A stretch of DNA of 62,560 nucleotides from a virus (Duplodnaviria > Caudoviricetes): the IMG/VR virus record IMGVR_UViG_3300011442_000003, positions 1 through 62,560 of that record; one strand, given 5' to 3'. The notes beneath the pieces were generated by a model. That model was given only the letters and a program-made list of their open reading frames with translations. It made no database searches and had not been told where the DNA came from. The first letter of the stretch is position 1. Every line of letters starts with the position of its first letter. Both the position numbers and the translations under genes were made by a program. This document shows positions 17,973 to 27,600 of this stretch, one piece after another.

Positions 17973-19295
17973 ATGAATGAGATCATGATCCCGGCGGGCC
18001 TCACGCCCTCCACCAAGTTCGCCCAATCCAAGGTCAGCCACGACGATCTCGCGGCTGGTATTCAGGCTTCGTTCGCCGTCATCAGCTACAAGGGCAAGGT
18101 GTGGCGCGTGAAGCATCGCGGCGAGGAGAAGATGCTGATGCGCCCCGACGAGCCGGGTGTGCCGCAGGCGTTCATCGAGTGCGTCATCGTGAAGGCGTCT
18201 CCCGCCATCGCCAAGATCTATTACATTGGCACCTATGCCGAGGGCGACATGAGCCCGCCCGACTGCTGGTCGGTGAATGGCATCTCGCCTGACCCAGCGT
18301 CGCCCAAGAAGCAGTCGCCCACCTGCGCTGGCTGCCCGATGAACGCGTGGGGTTCCAAGATCACCGGCAACGGCAAAGCGACCAAGGCGTGTCAGGACAG
18401 CAAGCGCCTCGCCATCGTGCCTGCTGCCGACATGAACAACGAGCTTTTCGGTGGTCCCATGCTGCTGCGTGTTCCCCCGGCTTCGCTGGCGGACCTGTCG
18501 GCCTACGGTGCCAAGCTCAAGCAGATCAGCGCCGACTACTTCAGCGTGGTCACGCGCATCGGCTTCGATGCCAACGAGGCTTTCCCGAAGTTCACGTTCG
18601 CGGCCCTGCGGGGTCTCAACGACGCCGAGGCTGACGTGATCCTGCCGCTGCAGGAGGACCCACGGGTGACCCGCATCCTGCAGGAGGCTGTGGATCACGT
18701 GCGCGCCGAGCCGCCGGGCGCACCGGCCCCGACGACGGCGACCCCGGCTCCGGGCACGGCGGGTGCCGCCAAGGCTGCGCCCACGGCGGGGGACGGGATG
18801 GATCTCCCGCCGCACCTCAACCGCACCACTACCACCGTGGTTACGCCGCCTGCGACTGCACCGGCCACCCCTGCCGATGCAGGAGGTAAGGCTCCGACAC
18901 CGCCGACGCCGCCGACGACGGTCGCTGCTGCCGCGCCTGCTCCGCAGGACCCTAAGGAAGCCGAGATCGAGGCGCTCAAGGCCAAGCTCGCGGCCCTTCA
19001 GGGTGGGGTGCAAGGGGGTGCAACCGGCCAGCCCGCTGGTCAACCCAACGGCGCTGCTCCGACCCCGGTGGTCAAGCGCACGCGCAACAAGGCGGCCACC
19101 CCGACGGTGCCGCCGCCGTCGCCCGCGCCCACTCCTCCGGTCGCTGAGACGGCACCGCCGCCGGGCGTGACGACCGAGACCCCCTCGACCGACGCGCACC
19201 CGGATACTCCCGCTGCGCCGACCACGCCACCCGCGACCAACGGCACCGCCGAGGCGATGGCGACGCTGGAGAACGAACTCGACAACCTGTTGTGA
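17973..19295 (+). CDS. Putative ssDNA-binding/annealing protein with Cys cluster and long Pro/Thr/Ala tail
   Basis: PDCWS...CAGCPMN...KAC...LLRVPPASL; acidic C-terminus LENELDNLL; replication context. Confidence 0.6.
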   Translation: MNEIMIPAGLTPSTKFAQSKVSHDDLAAGIQASFAVISYKGKVWRVKHRGEEKMLMRPDEPGVPQAFIECVIVKASPAIAKIYYIGTYAEGDMSPPDCWSVNGISPDPASPKKQSPTCAGCPMNAWGSKITGNGKATKACQDSKRLAIVPAADMNNELFGGPMLLRVPPASLADLSAYGAKLKQISADYFSVVTRIGFDANEAFPKFTFAALRGLNDAEADVILPLQEDPRVTRILQEAVDHVRAEPPGAPAPTTATPAPGTAGAAKAAPTAGDGMDLPPHLNRTTTTVVTPPATAPATPADAGGKAPTPPTPPTTVAAAAPAPQDPKEAEIEALKAKLAALQGGVQGGATGQPAGQPNGAAPTPVVKRTRNKAATPTVPPPSPAPTPPVAETAPPPGVTTETPSTDAHPDTPAAPTTPPATNGTAEAMATLENELDNLL

Positions 19296-19317
19296 CCTTC
19301 ACGTAGGCGTGGCTTGC

Positions 19318-19337
19318 CCCTGCCTTAACCGGCAGGG
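19318..19337 (+). terminator. Hairpin downstream of the SSB-like gene
   Basis: CCCTGCC-TTAACC-GGCAGGG; no clear U-tract. Confidence 0.35.
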
Positions 19338-19363
19338 ACACCCATCCTTGGGGGGAGGTTGGT

Positions 19364-22333
19364 ATGTTCGTTCAGACGTTCGACGACGCTGCCCAGTTCC
19401 TCGCGCGTGCGCTGCCGTGGCCGACGGCAGGCGAGCCCGACTGGTTCGTGAACATCCATCACAGCTTCCTGCCGCCCGGTGGTGTTAAGCCACTGTTTCC
19501 GGGGCGCGCCTGCACGACCGTGAAGGAAGCCGTCGCGTGTGTGTCTTGGGCGAGCACGCTACCCAAGGCCGACATCTACGTGTGCATGTCGGCGCAGTCT
19601 CAGGCGACCCAGCGCGTCGGCAAAACAGGTCGCCCATGGATGGCAGCCAAGCGCCTTGCGGCCAACGCGATCTGGCACAAGAGCTTGTTCGTCGATGTCG
19701 ACGTGAAGGAGGGGGCCTACGGATCGACTGCGGAGGCCGCCAGCGAGTTCCAGCGCATCCGCCGGGAGGTCGGCCTACCCGAGCCCAGCATCGCGATCCT
19801 GAGCGGCTCTGGCGGCTTCCACGTGCACTGGATTTTTGTCGAGCCGATCAGGGGGTTGAGATTTCTCAAGCTCGCCAATTCGCTGGTGGCTGCTCTCCAG
19901 TCCAAAGGCTTCAAGGGCGACACGGGCGTTTCAATCGACGGCGCGAGGCTGTTAAGGATCCCTAACACCCTGAATTGGAAGCATGATCCGCCGAAGCCTG
20001 TGAAGGTGGGGTCCAACTCCTCCAAGGACTACATGGTCGAGGCGCTTGAGGAAGTCCTCGCGCCCTACGAGGGCATTGTTACCACGAAGGTAACCGGTCC
20101 CCAGACCCTACAAAACATGCCTAACTTGTTGATTTCAAACAAGTTTAAGGCTTCGAAGCTGGCCGGATCTGACCTTGGCGAGGGTTACACCCAGACCTAT
20201 CCACTGTCTGCCGTCGAACGAGTTTGCCCGTGGGTGGCGAACACGGTGGCAACGGGAGGAGCTTCAAACACGAACCCGCTCTGGCTGGCCTCGACCAACC
20301 TGTCTCTATTCCTCGACGACAGCAGGGCGGCCTGCCACGCGATGGCTGATGGTTACATAAACTATACACAGGCCGAGACGGACGCGTTGTTCGACCGCCA
20401 GTGGGTAACCCAGCAGGCGCGCAACCTCGGCTGGCCGCAGTGCCGGTCCATCCACAACAACGGCGCGCCCGAGTGCGCGACGTGCCCGCATCTCGCGATG
20501 GGCAAGTCGCCGCTCAACTTCGTGGCGTTGATGCAGCCACCAGCACCTACGCCTGCGCCGCCTACCAGCGTGGTAACCCCGCCCCTCGCGCCACCAACTG
20601 CGCTGCCTGAAGGCTACGCCTACGCCGTCAACGGCACGGCGGGCATCGTCTGCAAGATCGAGACCGACGAGGCGGGCACCCAGCGCATGGTGGCAATCAC
20701 CGAGCGGCCTATGCTCAACGGCTGGCTGCAGGAGAACCCCAACGTCCTGCACTTCGACACGGTCGCGTCGGAGGGCAAAGGTCTGACCAAGATCTCGATA
20801 CCCCAGAACATGATCGGCAACACCGAGAAGTGGAGCGCCCACTGCAGCGACAGCGGGTTGTTTATCCAGTTACAGCACAGGAAGGAAGTCATGATCTTTC
20901 ATTCGGCATGGGTCAGCAAGCTCAAAGAAGATCGCGCTGCGACAATCAGCACGGTGCCCTTTGGGTGGCTGGTCGAGGAGGGTGTCCGACAAGGCTTCGT
21001 CTACGGCGGGCAACTGTCCTCGCCGTCGGGTGCCAAGCCCGCAGGCAAGGTCGATAGAGCACTCGCGGAGAGGTACACGCCCAAGGGAACCATCCAGCCC
21101 TACCTCGATGCGATGCTCATGCTCATGGCGCAGAAGCGCCCGGCCATCGACGCGCTGCTCGCCGTGTCCTACGGCTCGCCCTTGGTGGCGCTGATCGGGC
21201 AAACAGGCTTCATCATGAGCGTCTACTCCCAAGAGAGCGGCATCCAGAAAACCAGTGCGCTGCGCACCAACGCCAGCGTGTGGGGCCACCCCTCGATGTC
21301 GATGCAGACCCTCGATGACACTTCCAACGCGGTGTTCAGAAAGGCAGGCCAGATCCGGCATCTGCCTATCGTCTGGGACGAGGTGCGCACGGGCGACGAC
21401 GCGCAAAGGTTCAGCGACTTCGTGTTCCAACTCTCGGGTGGCAAGGAGAAGGCTAGGCTCAAGGCCACCACCGAGTTCCAGAGCGTGGGCGACTGGGCGA
21501 CGATCCTCGTCGGTGCCTCCAACAACAGCCTGCTGAGCGCAGTGAACAAAGCCAACAAGGCGACTGAAGCTGGCGCGATGCGGATCTTCGAATACGTGGT
21601 GCCCAAAGCGACACAGGGGATCATCAGCACAGCCGACGCTACCATGATGGTAAGTACCCTCGACGACAACTATGGCGTGGCCGGGATGATGTACGCCAAA
21701 TTCCTTGGCGAGAACTTCGAAGTCGCCCGCGACGAGACCTTGAACCGGTTACGTGACTACGAGGTCCGCTACGGCGCTCGCCCCGAGGAGAGGTTCTGGT
21801 TCGCGCTGATCGCGTGTCTCCAGCAGGGCGCGACCTACGCCAACGCCGTGGTCGGCACCAGCTTCGACCTGAAGGCGCTGGAGAAGTTCCTGATCGACAC
21901 GCTGGCGGGGATGCGTACCAGCAAGCTTGATGCCACCGTGAACATGCGCGACCCGGTGAACCTCTCGGAGATGCTGTCGCGCTACCTCAACTTCCAGCGC
22001 CCCGAGCACACGCTGATCACCGATCAGTTCATCCATCACACCCAGAAGGCGACGGCGTCGGTCAAGTCCGACTTCAGCCGCCTCAAGGAGACGCAGGTTC
22101 ATATCGCTCAGGACGGCCACATGCGGCTCCGTCTGACGGCGTTCAACGAATGGCTTGACAAGCAGAAGCTGCCGTCTACAATCGTATTGAACGAGTTAAA
22201 GCTCCAATTCGGAGCGCAGTACACCAAGCAGTCGCGGCTGGGTTGGGGTACCAACTTCATGACCCAGCCCGACCAGTGCCTGACGATTGACTTCCGCCAT
22301 CCCGGCTTCCCGCCCGACTGGGCACCCTACTAG
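19364..22333 (+). CDS. Primase-helicase (AEP-like primase, Cys cluster, DUF927/SF3-like helicase)
   Basis: FVDVDVK, SGSGGFHVHW, RLLRIP; WPQC...ECATCPH; FGW, SGIQKTS (variant Walker A), VWDE, GGKEKARL, NYGVAG. Confidence 0.85.
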   Translation: MFVQTFDDAAQFLARALPWPTAGEPDWFVNIHHSFLPPGGVKPLFPGRACTTVKEAVACVSWASTLPKADIYVCMSAQSQATQRVGKTGRPWMAAKRLAANAIWHKSLFVDVDVKEGAYGSTAEAASEFQRIRREVGLPEPSIAILSGSGGFHVHWIFVEPIRGLRFLKLANSLVAALQSKGFKGDTGVSIDGARLLRIPNTLNWKHDPPKPVKVGSNSSKDYMVEALEEVLAPYEGIVTTKVTGPQTLQNMPNLLISNKFKASKLAGSDLGEGYTQTYPLSAVERVCPWVANTVATGGASNTNPLWLASTNLSLFLDDSRAACHAMADGYINYTQAETDALFDRQWVTQQARNLGWPQCRSIHNNGAPECATCPHLAMGKSPLNFVALMQPPAPTPAPPTSVVTPPLAPPTALPEGYAYAVNGTAGIVCKIETDEAGTQRMVAITERPMLNGWLQENPNVLHFDTVASEGKGLTKISIPQNMIGNTEKWSAHCSDSGLFIQLQHRKEVMIFHSAWVSKLKEDRAATISTVPFGWLVEEGVRQGFVYGGQLSSPSGAKPAGKVDRALAERYTPKGTIQPYLDAMLMLMAQKRPAIDALLAVSYGSPLVALIGQTGFIMSVYSQESGIQKTSALRTNASVWGHPSMSMQTLDDTSNAVFRKAGQIRHLPIVWDEVRTGDDAQRFSDFVFQLSGGKEKARLKATTEFQSVGDWATILVGASNNSLLSAVNKANKATEAGAMRIFEYVVPKATQGIISTADATMMVSTLDDNYGVAGMMYAKFLGENFEVARDETLNRLRDYEVRYGARPEERFWFALIACLQQGATYANAVVGTSFDLKALEKFLIDTLAGMRTSKLDATVNMRDPVNLSEMLSRYLNFQRPEHTLITDQFIHHTQKATASVKSDFSRLKETQVHIAQDGHMRLRLTAFNEWLDKQKLPSTIVLNELKLQFGAQYTKQSRLGWGTNFMTQPDQCLTIDFRHPGFPPDWAPY

Positions 22334-22342
22334 GAGAGATCT

Positions 22343-22762
22343 ATGAACGCCGCCGCTGCCCCCGTCGAAGCCATCCTGACGCTTGGCTCGCTCCCCGACC
22401 ACGAACAGGAGGAGCGGCACGTGAGCTTTGAGTTCGACAGCAAGTACACCACCGGCATGTCCTGCAGGCTGCGCTTCTCGTGCAACGTCAGCCTGCCAGA
22501 GTTTAACGAGTTGTCGATTGGCCGCCGGTTCTATGTCGAGAAGGGCAGGGTCAACTATACCGAGATCGTCGACATGATGGGCGAGCTTCTGCGCCTGTCG
22601 GTGCAGGCCGAGATGGGCCTGCGGGGGCACGCGTGGCGCTCCGACGCCGACCGCAGCATCTTTGCCGACAGCATCGCCGCGCGGCTGGGCTTCGCGCTGC
22701 GCACCATCACCGGCATCGACTTCGAAGTCGACGACATCAGGATCATCTTCGTCGCCCGCTAA
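22343..22762 (+). CDS. Hypothetical protein
   Basis: GGAGAG SD. Confidence 0.65.
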   Translation: MNAAAAPVEAILTLGSLPDHEQEERHVSFEFDSKYTTGMSCRLRFSCNVSLPEFNELSIGRRFYVEKGRVNYTEIVDMMGELLRLSVQAEMGLRGHAWRSDADRSIFADSIAARLGFALRTITGIDFEVDDIRIIFVAR

Positions 22763-22790
22763 CCCTAACCCGTAACCATAAAGGTAACCC

Positions 22791-23069
22791 ATGACCGATC
22801 ACCCTCCCCGCTACTGGCTGCCCGACCCCGCGCTCAAGCTCAGCGACACGTCGCTGGAACTGGTGCGCTCCGAGTTTAACCCCTCGGGCATCGATGCCGT
22901 GACCAAACTCAAACTGATGGCGGCGGCGCTGATCACCATGGCCGAGGAGATCCGGGGCTCGATCCCGACCAGCGCCCGGCACTGCGCGCTGGGCATCACC
23001 GCCATCGAGGACGGCGCGATGTGGCTGGTTAAAGCGGCGACGACGCCGGTCCCCAAGCCTAAGAGCTAA
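22791..23069 (+). CDS. Acb2/Tad1-like helical-hairpin protein (candidate signalling-nucleotide sponge)
   Basis: VR-x-x-FNPS...K-x-x-AA-x-LI...R-x-x-AL-x-IT-x-IE-x-x-AMW-x-VKA pattern. Confidence 0.6.
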   Translation: MTDHPPRYWLPDPALKLSDTSLELVRSEFNPSGIDAVTKLKLMAAALITMAEEIRGSIPTSARHCALGITAIEDGAMWLVKAATTPVPKPKS

Positions 23070-23359
23070 CGTCCCTTGCCGTAGCCCGCCGCGTCGTGGG
23101 TGTACTTCTGGGTGCGCGCATGACCATGGGTCATGTTGGACTTGTCTGCGCGGTTCTCGTTGGGATCGCGCAGACGCAGGTTGGAGATCGCATTAGTGCC
23201 GCCCTCGCTCAGGGGCTTGATGTGATCGACATCCTTGCCTTCGACGGCGGCCTCGCCCCATCGCTTGATCGCCTCGCGACGTGCCTGAACCCGCGCATCG
23301 GTTAGCTCGACGCGCGACTTGTCGTAGGCCGAGTAACCTCTAGGCCCCTTGGCTGGCAT
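23066..23359 (-). CDS. HNH endonuclease
   Basis: GKDVDHIKPLSEGGTNAISNLRLRDPNENR. Confidence 0.85.
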   Translation of the reverse strand: MPAKGPRGYSAYDKSRVELTDARVQARREAIKRWGEAAVEGKDVDHIKPLSEGGTNAISNLRLRDPNENRADKSNMTHGHARTQKYTHDAAGYGKGR

Positions 23360-23609
23360 CGAGCGGCCCTCCGACTGCTGGACCTGTCGGCGTGACAACG
23401 GGTGCCTGTGGCGAGAACGCCACGACATCGGCCACGTTGACGACCCAGACTTGCCCACTGTCCTCGACGAACTTCCCCATGCCGGAAGTCGGGTACCATA
23501 CCCAGTTGCCGACCATTCGCACGCCGTTCGACAACAGGAGCACGCCGACCGGTGCGCTCATTGGCAACGGCAAGTCGTAGACGAAGGCGTACTTGACCGG
23601 GTTAAACAT
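23340..23609 (-). CDS. Hypothetical protein
   Basis: Part of the tight - strand run. Confidence 0.55.
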   Translation of the reverse strand: MFNPVKYAFVYDLPLPMSAPVGVLLLSNGVRMVGNWVWYPTSGMGKFVEDSGQVWVVNVADVVAFSPQAPVVTPTGPAVGGPLDASQGA

Positions 23610-23612
23610 CGG

Positions 23613-23771
23613 TCACCCAACGTTGTGCAGGTTGCCCGTGAGGAACAGGATCAGCAGCACGACCAGCACGAGGCCGACCACGCCGCCGAGCCCGCCGTAG
23701 CCCCACTGTGCGTGGCCGTACCAGCCGCCACCCAGCAGCACCACGATCAGGATGATGATTATAAGGGTCAT
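23613..23771 (-). CDS. DUF3309-like small membrane protein
   Basis: MTLIIIILIVVLLGGGWYGHAQWGYGGLGGVVGLVLVVLLILFLTGNL. Confidence 0.7.
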   Translation of the reverse strand: MTLIIIILIVVLLGGGWYGHAQWGYGGLGGVVGLVLVVLLILFLTGNLHNVG

Positions 23772-23917
23772 CCGGGTGGGTAGACCTTCCACCCGAGGAT
23801 CGCGAGCAACACCAGCACCACGCCGACGCCGGGGAACCAAGGCTGCACGCGGTAGTAATACCCGCCGCCGAGGGCCGCCAACACGAGGATCACCCAGAAC
23901 AGGATCATGAGGAGCAT
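23768..23917 (-). CDS. Small 2-TM membrane protein (49 aa), not in the ORF track
   Basis: MLLMILFWVILVLAALGGGYYYRVQPWFPGVGVVLVLLAILGWKVYPPG; GGAGG SD. Confidence 0.65.
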   Translation of the reverse strand: MLLMILFWVILVLAALGGGYYYRVQPWFPGVGVVLVLLAILGWKVYPPG

Positions 23918-23928
23918 GACAGCCTCCA

Positions 23929-24099
23929 TCACTTCTTCTTGAACAACCTACACCACATGCCGGTGTCGATCTGGCCCTGCACCAACGCGCACTTACCATC
24001 GTGGTAGTGCCTGCAGATCCCACAATGGGCAGACTTCATGCCCATCGAATAACCGACACTCGACTTCGATCTCAGGTTCGTTGGTTTGCGTGCCGCCAC
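23929..24099 (-). CDS. HiPIP-like four-Cys mini-protein (56 aa), not in the ORF track
   Basis: KSSVGY...CGIC-x7-CALVQGQIDTGMWCRLF. Confidence 0.6.
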   Translation of the reverse strand: MAARKPTNLRSKSSVGYSMGMKSAHCGICRHYHDGKCALVQGQIDTGMWCRLFKKK

Positions 24100-24100
24100 G

Positions 24101-24325
24101 CTACTTGCGGCCCTTCATTGCGTTGTTGCGAAAGCCTCCCTGCACCGAGCCGCCGCCGCAGAACGACTGCGCCATCTTGTTGGCCTTGATCGGCTTAGCC
24201 TTCATGATGCCCGACTTGCTAATGCCGGGGGCCATCGACGGCGCATTGGTGTCGGAGCCGTAGCCCGCAGCGGGACCGCCAGCGCCCTTGAGCCTAGCAG
24301 GCGTGTCGCCCTTGGTCATCGCCAT
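24101..24325 (-). CDS. Small basic Gly/Lys-rich protein
   Basis: Lys/Gly/Met-rich; SFCGGGSV motif. Confidence 0.6.
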   Translation of the reverse strand: MAMTKGDTPARLKGAGGPAAGYGSDTNAPSMAPGISKSGIMKAKPIKANKMAQSFCGGGSVQGGFRNNAMKGRK

Positions 24326-24326
24326 C

Positions 24327-24473
24327 TCACTTCCCCTTTTTCTTGGACCTGAGGAAGGCGGGGAACTGCTTCGCGTCCCGCTTCTGGTCCGCCTTCGAAC
24401 CCTCCTTCACGCCCTTGTCGTTGTCGAACTTGGAACGTTCGAACGCCGCCTTGGTCGGCTTACCCTTTGCCAT
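24327..24473 (-). CDS. Small basic protein (48 aa), not in the ORF track
   Basis: [48 protein letters not shown]; GAGG SD. Confidence 0.6.
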   Translation of the reverse strand: MAKGKPTKAAFERSKFDNDKGVKEGSKADQKRDAKQFPAFLRSKKKGK

Positions 24474-24634
24474 CACTTCCTCACTTTCTTGAGCTTGGTC
24501 GCTGTACCTCCACCACTCTTACGCGCCGTGTTCATCGCTATCGCGACGGCCTGCTTCTGGGGTTTGCCTGCTGCCAACTCGGTCCTGATGTTCTGCGAGA
24601 CGGTGGCGCGGTCGGTCCCCTTCTTGAGCGGCAT
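24473..24634 (-). CDS. Small basic phage protein (MPLKKG...KQAVAIA type), not in the ORF track
   Basis: [40 protein letters not shown]; motif/SD at 24637. Confidence 0.7.
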   Translation of the reverse strand: MPLKKGTDRATVSQNIRTELAAGKPQKQAVAIAMNTARKSGGGTATKLKKVRK

Positions 24635-24670
24635 GGTTACCTCGGTGGTTATCTGGGATGTCTAACTGGT

Positions 24671-27600
24671 TCAGTAGTTGTACGTCGCTTGGGCGTGCTT
24701 CGCAACCTCGGGCACCCGCTTGCTGACGCGCGCCCCGGCAGGCAGGCCCGCTCGACGTGCCTCCATCTCGGATCGCTTGGCAGCGCGCTCCTGCTTGATC
24801 AGGTCGCCCATCTGGATCTTCGCGTTGGCCGAGGTCTGCTGGGAGTTGAACCGCTGGACCGCCGCCCACGCATTGGCCTTGTCGTCGGGGTTGTCGGCAC
24901 CGACCCAGCGACCCGACAGTTCAGTACGCTGCTTGGCATAGCTCTGGTTGCCGCCGTAGATCACGCTCTTGGCAGCGTTGGCCTCGGCAATGCGCGAAGG
25001 CCGGAAGCCGAAGCCCTGTACGATACCCTCCGCAGGCGTCCACTGGTCGCCCGCCGCACGACCCGAGGGTCCGACCTTGCCGTGCATCACGTTGGTGTAG
25101 CCCTTGACGCTGTCAGCGGCGAGCTTGAGGGGTGCCAGCTTGTACGCCGCGTCGCCGTAGTTGCCCGCCGCGATGTCGCCAATGCCTGACAGATAATCCA
25201 TCGACATGCCGACGCCCGACCCCGAGAGCCACTTGCCGAAGTAAACAAACAGGTCGTCGGCCTTGCGCGACTTCGGCGCACCGAACGGTCCCAGCAACTG
25301 GTTGAGACCGAACCGGCTGGAGGTATCCACGCCGAACAGGCTCGGCACGCCAGTCGATACAAACTGCCCAGCTTCCTTGCCGAACGCCGCCGCCACGGTC
25401 TCCCTGAACGAGTTCTGTAACGTCTCCGAGGTCTCGTCGGTGAGGCCCATGGCGTTCATCATGTTTACCGCCATGGTAACCGGCTCGGTAGGCAGGCCCA
25501 GCGCACCCGCCATGATGAAGTGCGTGCCCATCAGCCAGCCCATCGCCTTGGCGTTCTCCAGCTTGTGATCACCGATCATCATGCCGTGGCCCATCTTCGC
25601 CAGCAGGTAGTACTGGCGCTGGCCGAACTTGCGGAACTGCAAAGCCACCCTACCGAGAGGGTGATTAAACATCGGCGGCGCGTTCCACCGATCATAGGTG
25701 CCCATCGTGTGATCGAGCGTCTCGGCCACCTTCTCGATGGCCTTCGCGTGGGCATTAGGGTCGCTACCCAGCTTTTCACGCGCCAACCTGTACGCCGCGA
25801 CCGCCATCACGCTGCGGTTGGTCCCCTCGATGGCCTGTCCCATCTGGCGAGACACGTGATCAGCACGGTCCACCGCCCGGCCCACGATGTTGGTGCGAGA
25901 TGGATCCAGCTTCTGAAGCTCCATGCCCGCCTCGCGACCGGTCATCCCCCGATCCCTGATGTCGTCGAGCATGCGACGCTCGTCGCCCGCGAACCGGTTA
26001 CGGATCCGGTCGCTGAAGTCCATCGTCTCGTTCTCGCGCAGCGCCTTCACCGTCTCCTTCATGCCGTGCCACACGATGTCTCGGCCACCGATGTCGAAGT
26101 AGGCTTTGGTCAGCGCCGCCATCGATCTCGCGAAGCCGTACTCGCCTGCCATGTAGGGCAGGCCAATCATGTAGGGCTCCATCGAGTTGATCACGTGGAA
26201 CGCCGGGCTTGCCAGCCTGCGCAGGAAGCTTAGTTGCAGCAGCCGGTTGATCGAACGTCCTAGCAGGCCGTCGTTGTTGGGCGGTGCCACCTGATCGCGC
26301 CGCGCGTCGAGGTGGTTCATCACTTCCGAGCGCAAGAACGCGTTGGTGTCGGTGCCCTTGGTCTTGACCTCCTGCTGCATGATGTCGGCCACCCGATGAA
26401 TGTGGGGACCGAACTCCAGCCGGGCGATGTAACCGGAATTGGAGTGTGCGAAGTCGGCAAAGTTGGATCCCAGTTCGTTGCTCGCGCCCAGCACGTTTTT
26501 ACGAGGGAGCCGGTGGCTCTGCACCCGCGTAGATCCCAGTACCCGGATCGCGTGCTGTGCCAGCACGTCACGCATCACCTGCTGGTCGGCCTTGTCGAGC
26601 TTGGCGAAGCCGGTCGACCTCTCCATGGCGTTCTTCACGCCGATCATTTCACGCGACATCAGGTCGGTGACTTGCCCCGTCGGCTCGTAGGGGCGCTTGC
26701 CGTACTCGGTGACCTTGAAGCCTTTCACGGCCTCCATCTCGCGACGACCCATCTCGGCGTTGGTCATCGTGTCGTGGAACTGCACGTCCTTGTTCTGCAT
26801 CGTCGTGTGTATACGCCGATCATAATTGGCAGCGATGAACGCGTCACGCGCTTTGATCCCGTCGGCACGCGTCGCGTGGATCTGGTGGTTACCACCATAG
26901 TTAGTTTCAAAGGTCGGCGGCGCGCCCGGTGCCGCAGATAGTTTCTTGGGCATCGGCACGGTCTCGACTTTGTTGGTCGCCTTGTTGACCAGCTTCTCGC
27001 CCGTGCTCTGCGCCTTGAACGGGCTGTTCTCGATGAAAGGCCGCGCCGTGGTCTCGTCGGCAAACTCGTAGGTATTGAACTCGTGCGCGCGGTCAACGTG
27101 ATCAGGGTTGCTCGGATCGTAATCCTCGCCAGCCTTATCCATACGACGTAGCTGTCCCGGCGCGTCGGCAAGCTCGTGGTAGCCCGTCACGTGATAGTCG
27201 CCGCGTCGCATGAGAGGCATGTACGGCCCCTCGATCTCGGCCAGCGCCCGGATCTCTTTCAGGCGCTTGCCCTCGGGACCGGTGTTGAGAATATCCTTGT
27301 AGAGATCCTTGTTAGCGTGGGTGTCAGGACGCCCGTCGCGCAGCCACTGTTTGAAGTCCTCGATGCCCGCCTTGTCGAATATAGGTGCCTGCTTTGCCTT
27401 CTGAGCTTCAGCATTGCGGATCGCATCAGTCAGTTCGTCTACCACGTTGTCGGTTAGCCAGTCCGACATCGCCTTATGTTGCTTCTTAAAGTACAGGTGC
27501 GCGTCGCCACGCAGGTTCACGAGGTCGGTCGGCAGCATGGCGTAGCGTTTTTTACCCTCGGTAAGCCCAGCCAGCGCCTGCGCATGGTCGAGGTTCTTGG

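Noticed and set aside
17940-19199. 419-aa - strand ORF
   Set aside because: Antisense shadow of the Pro/Ala-rich SSB-like gene
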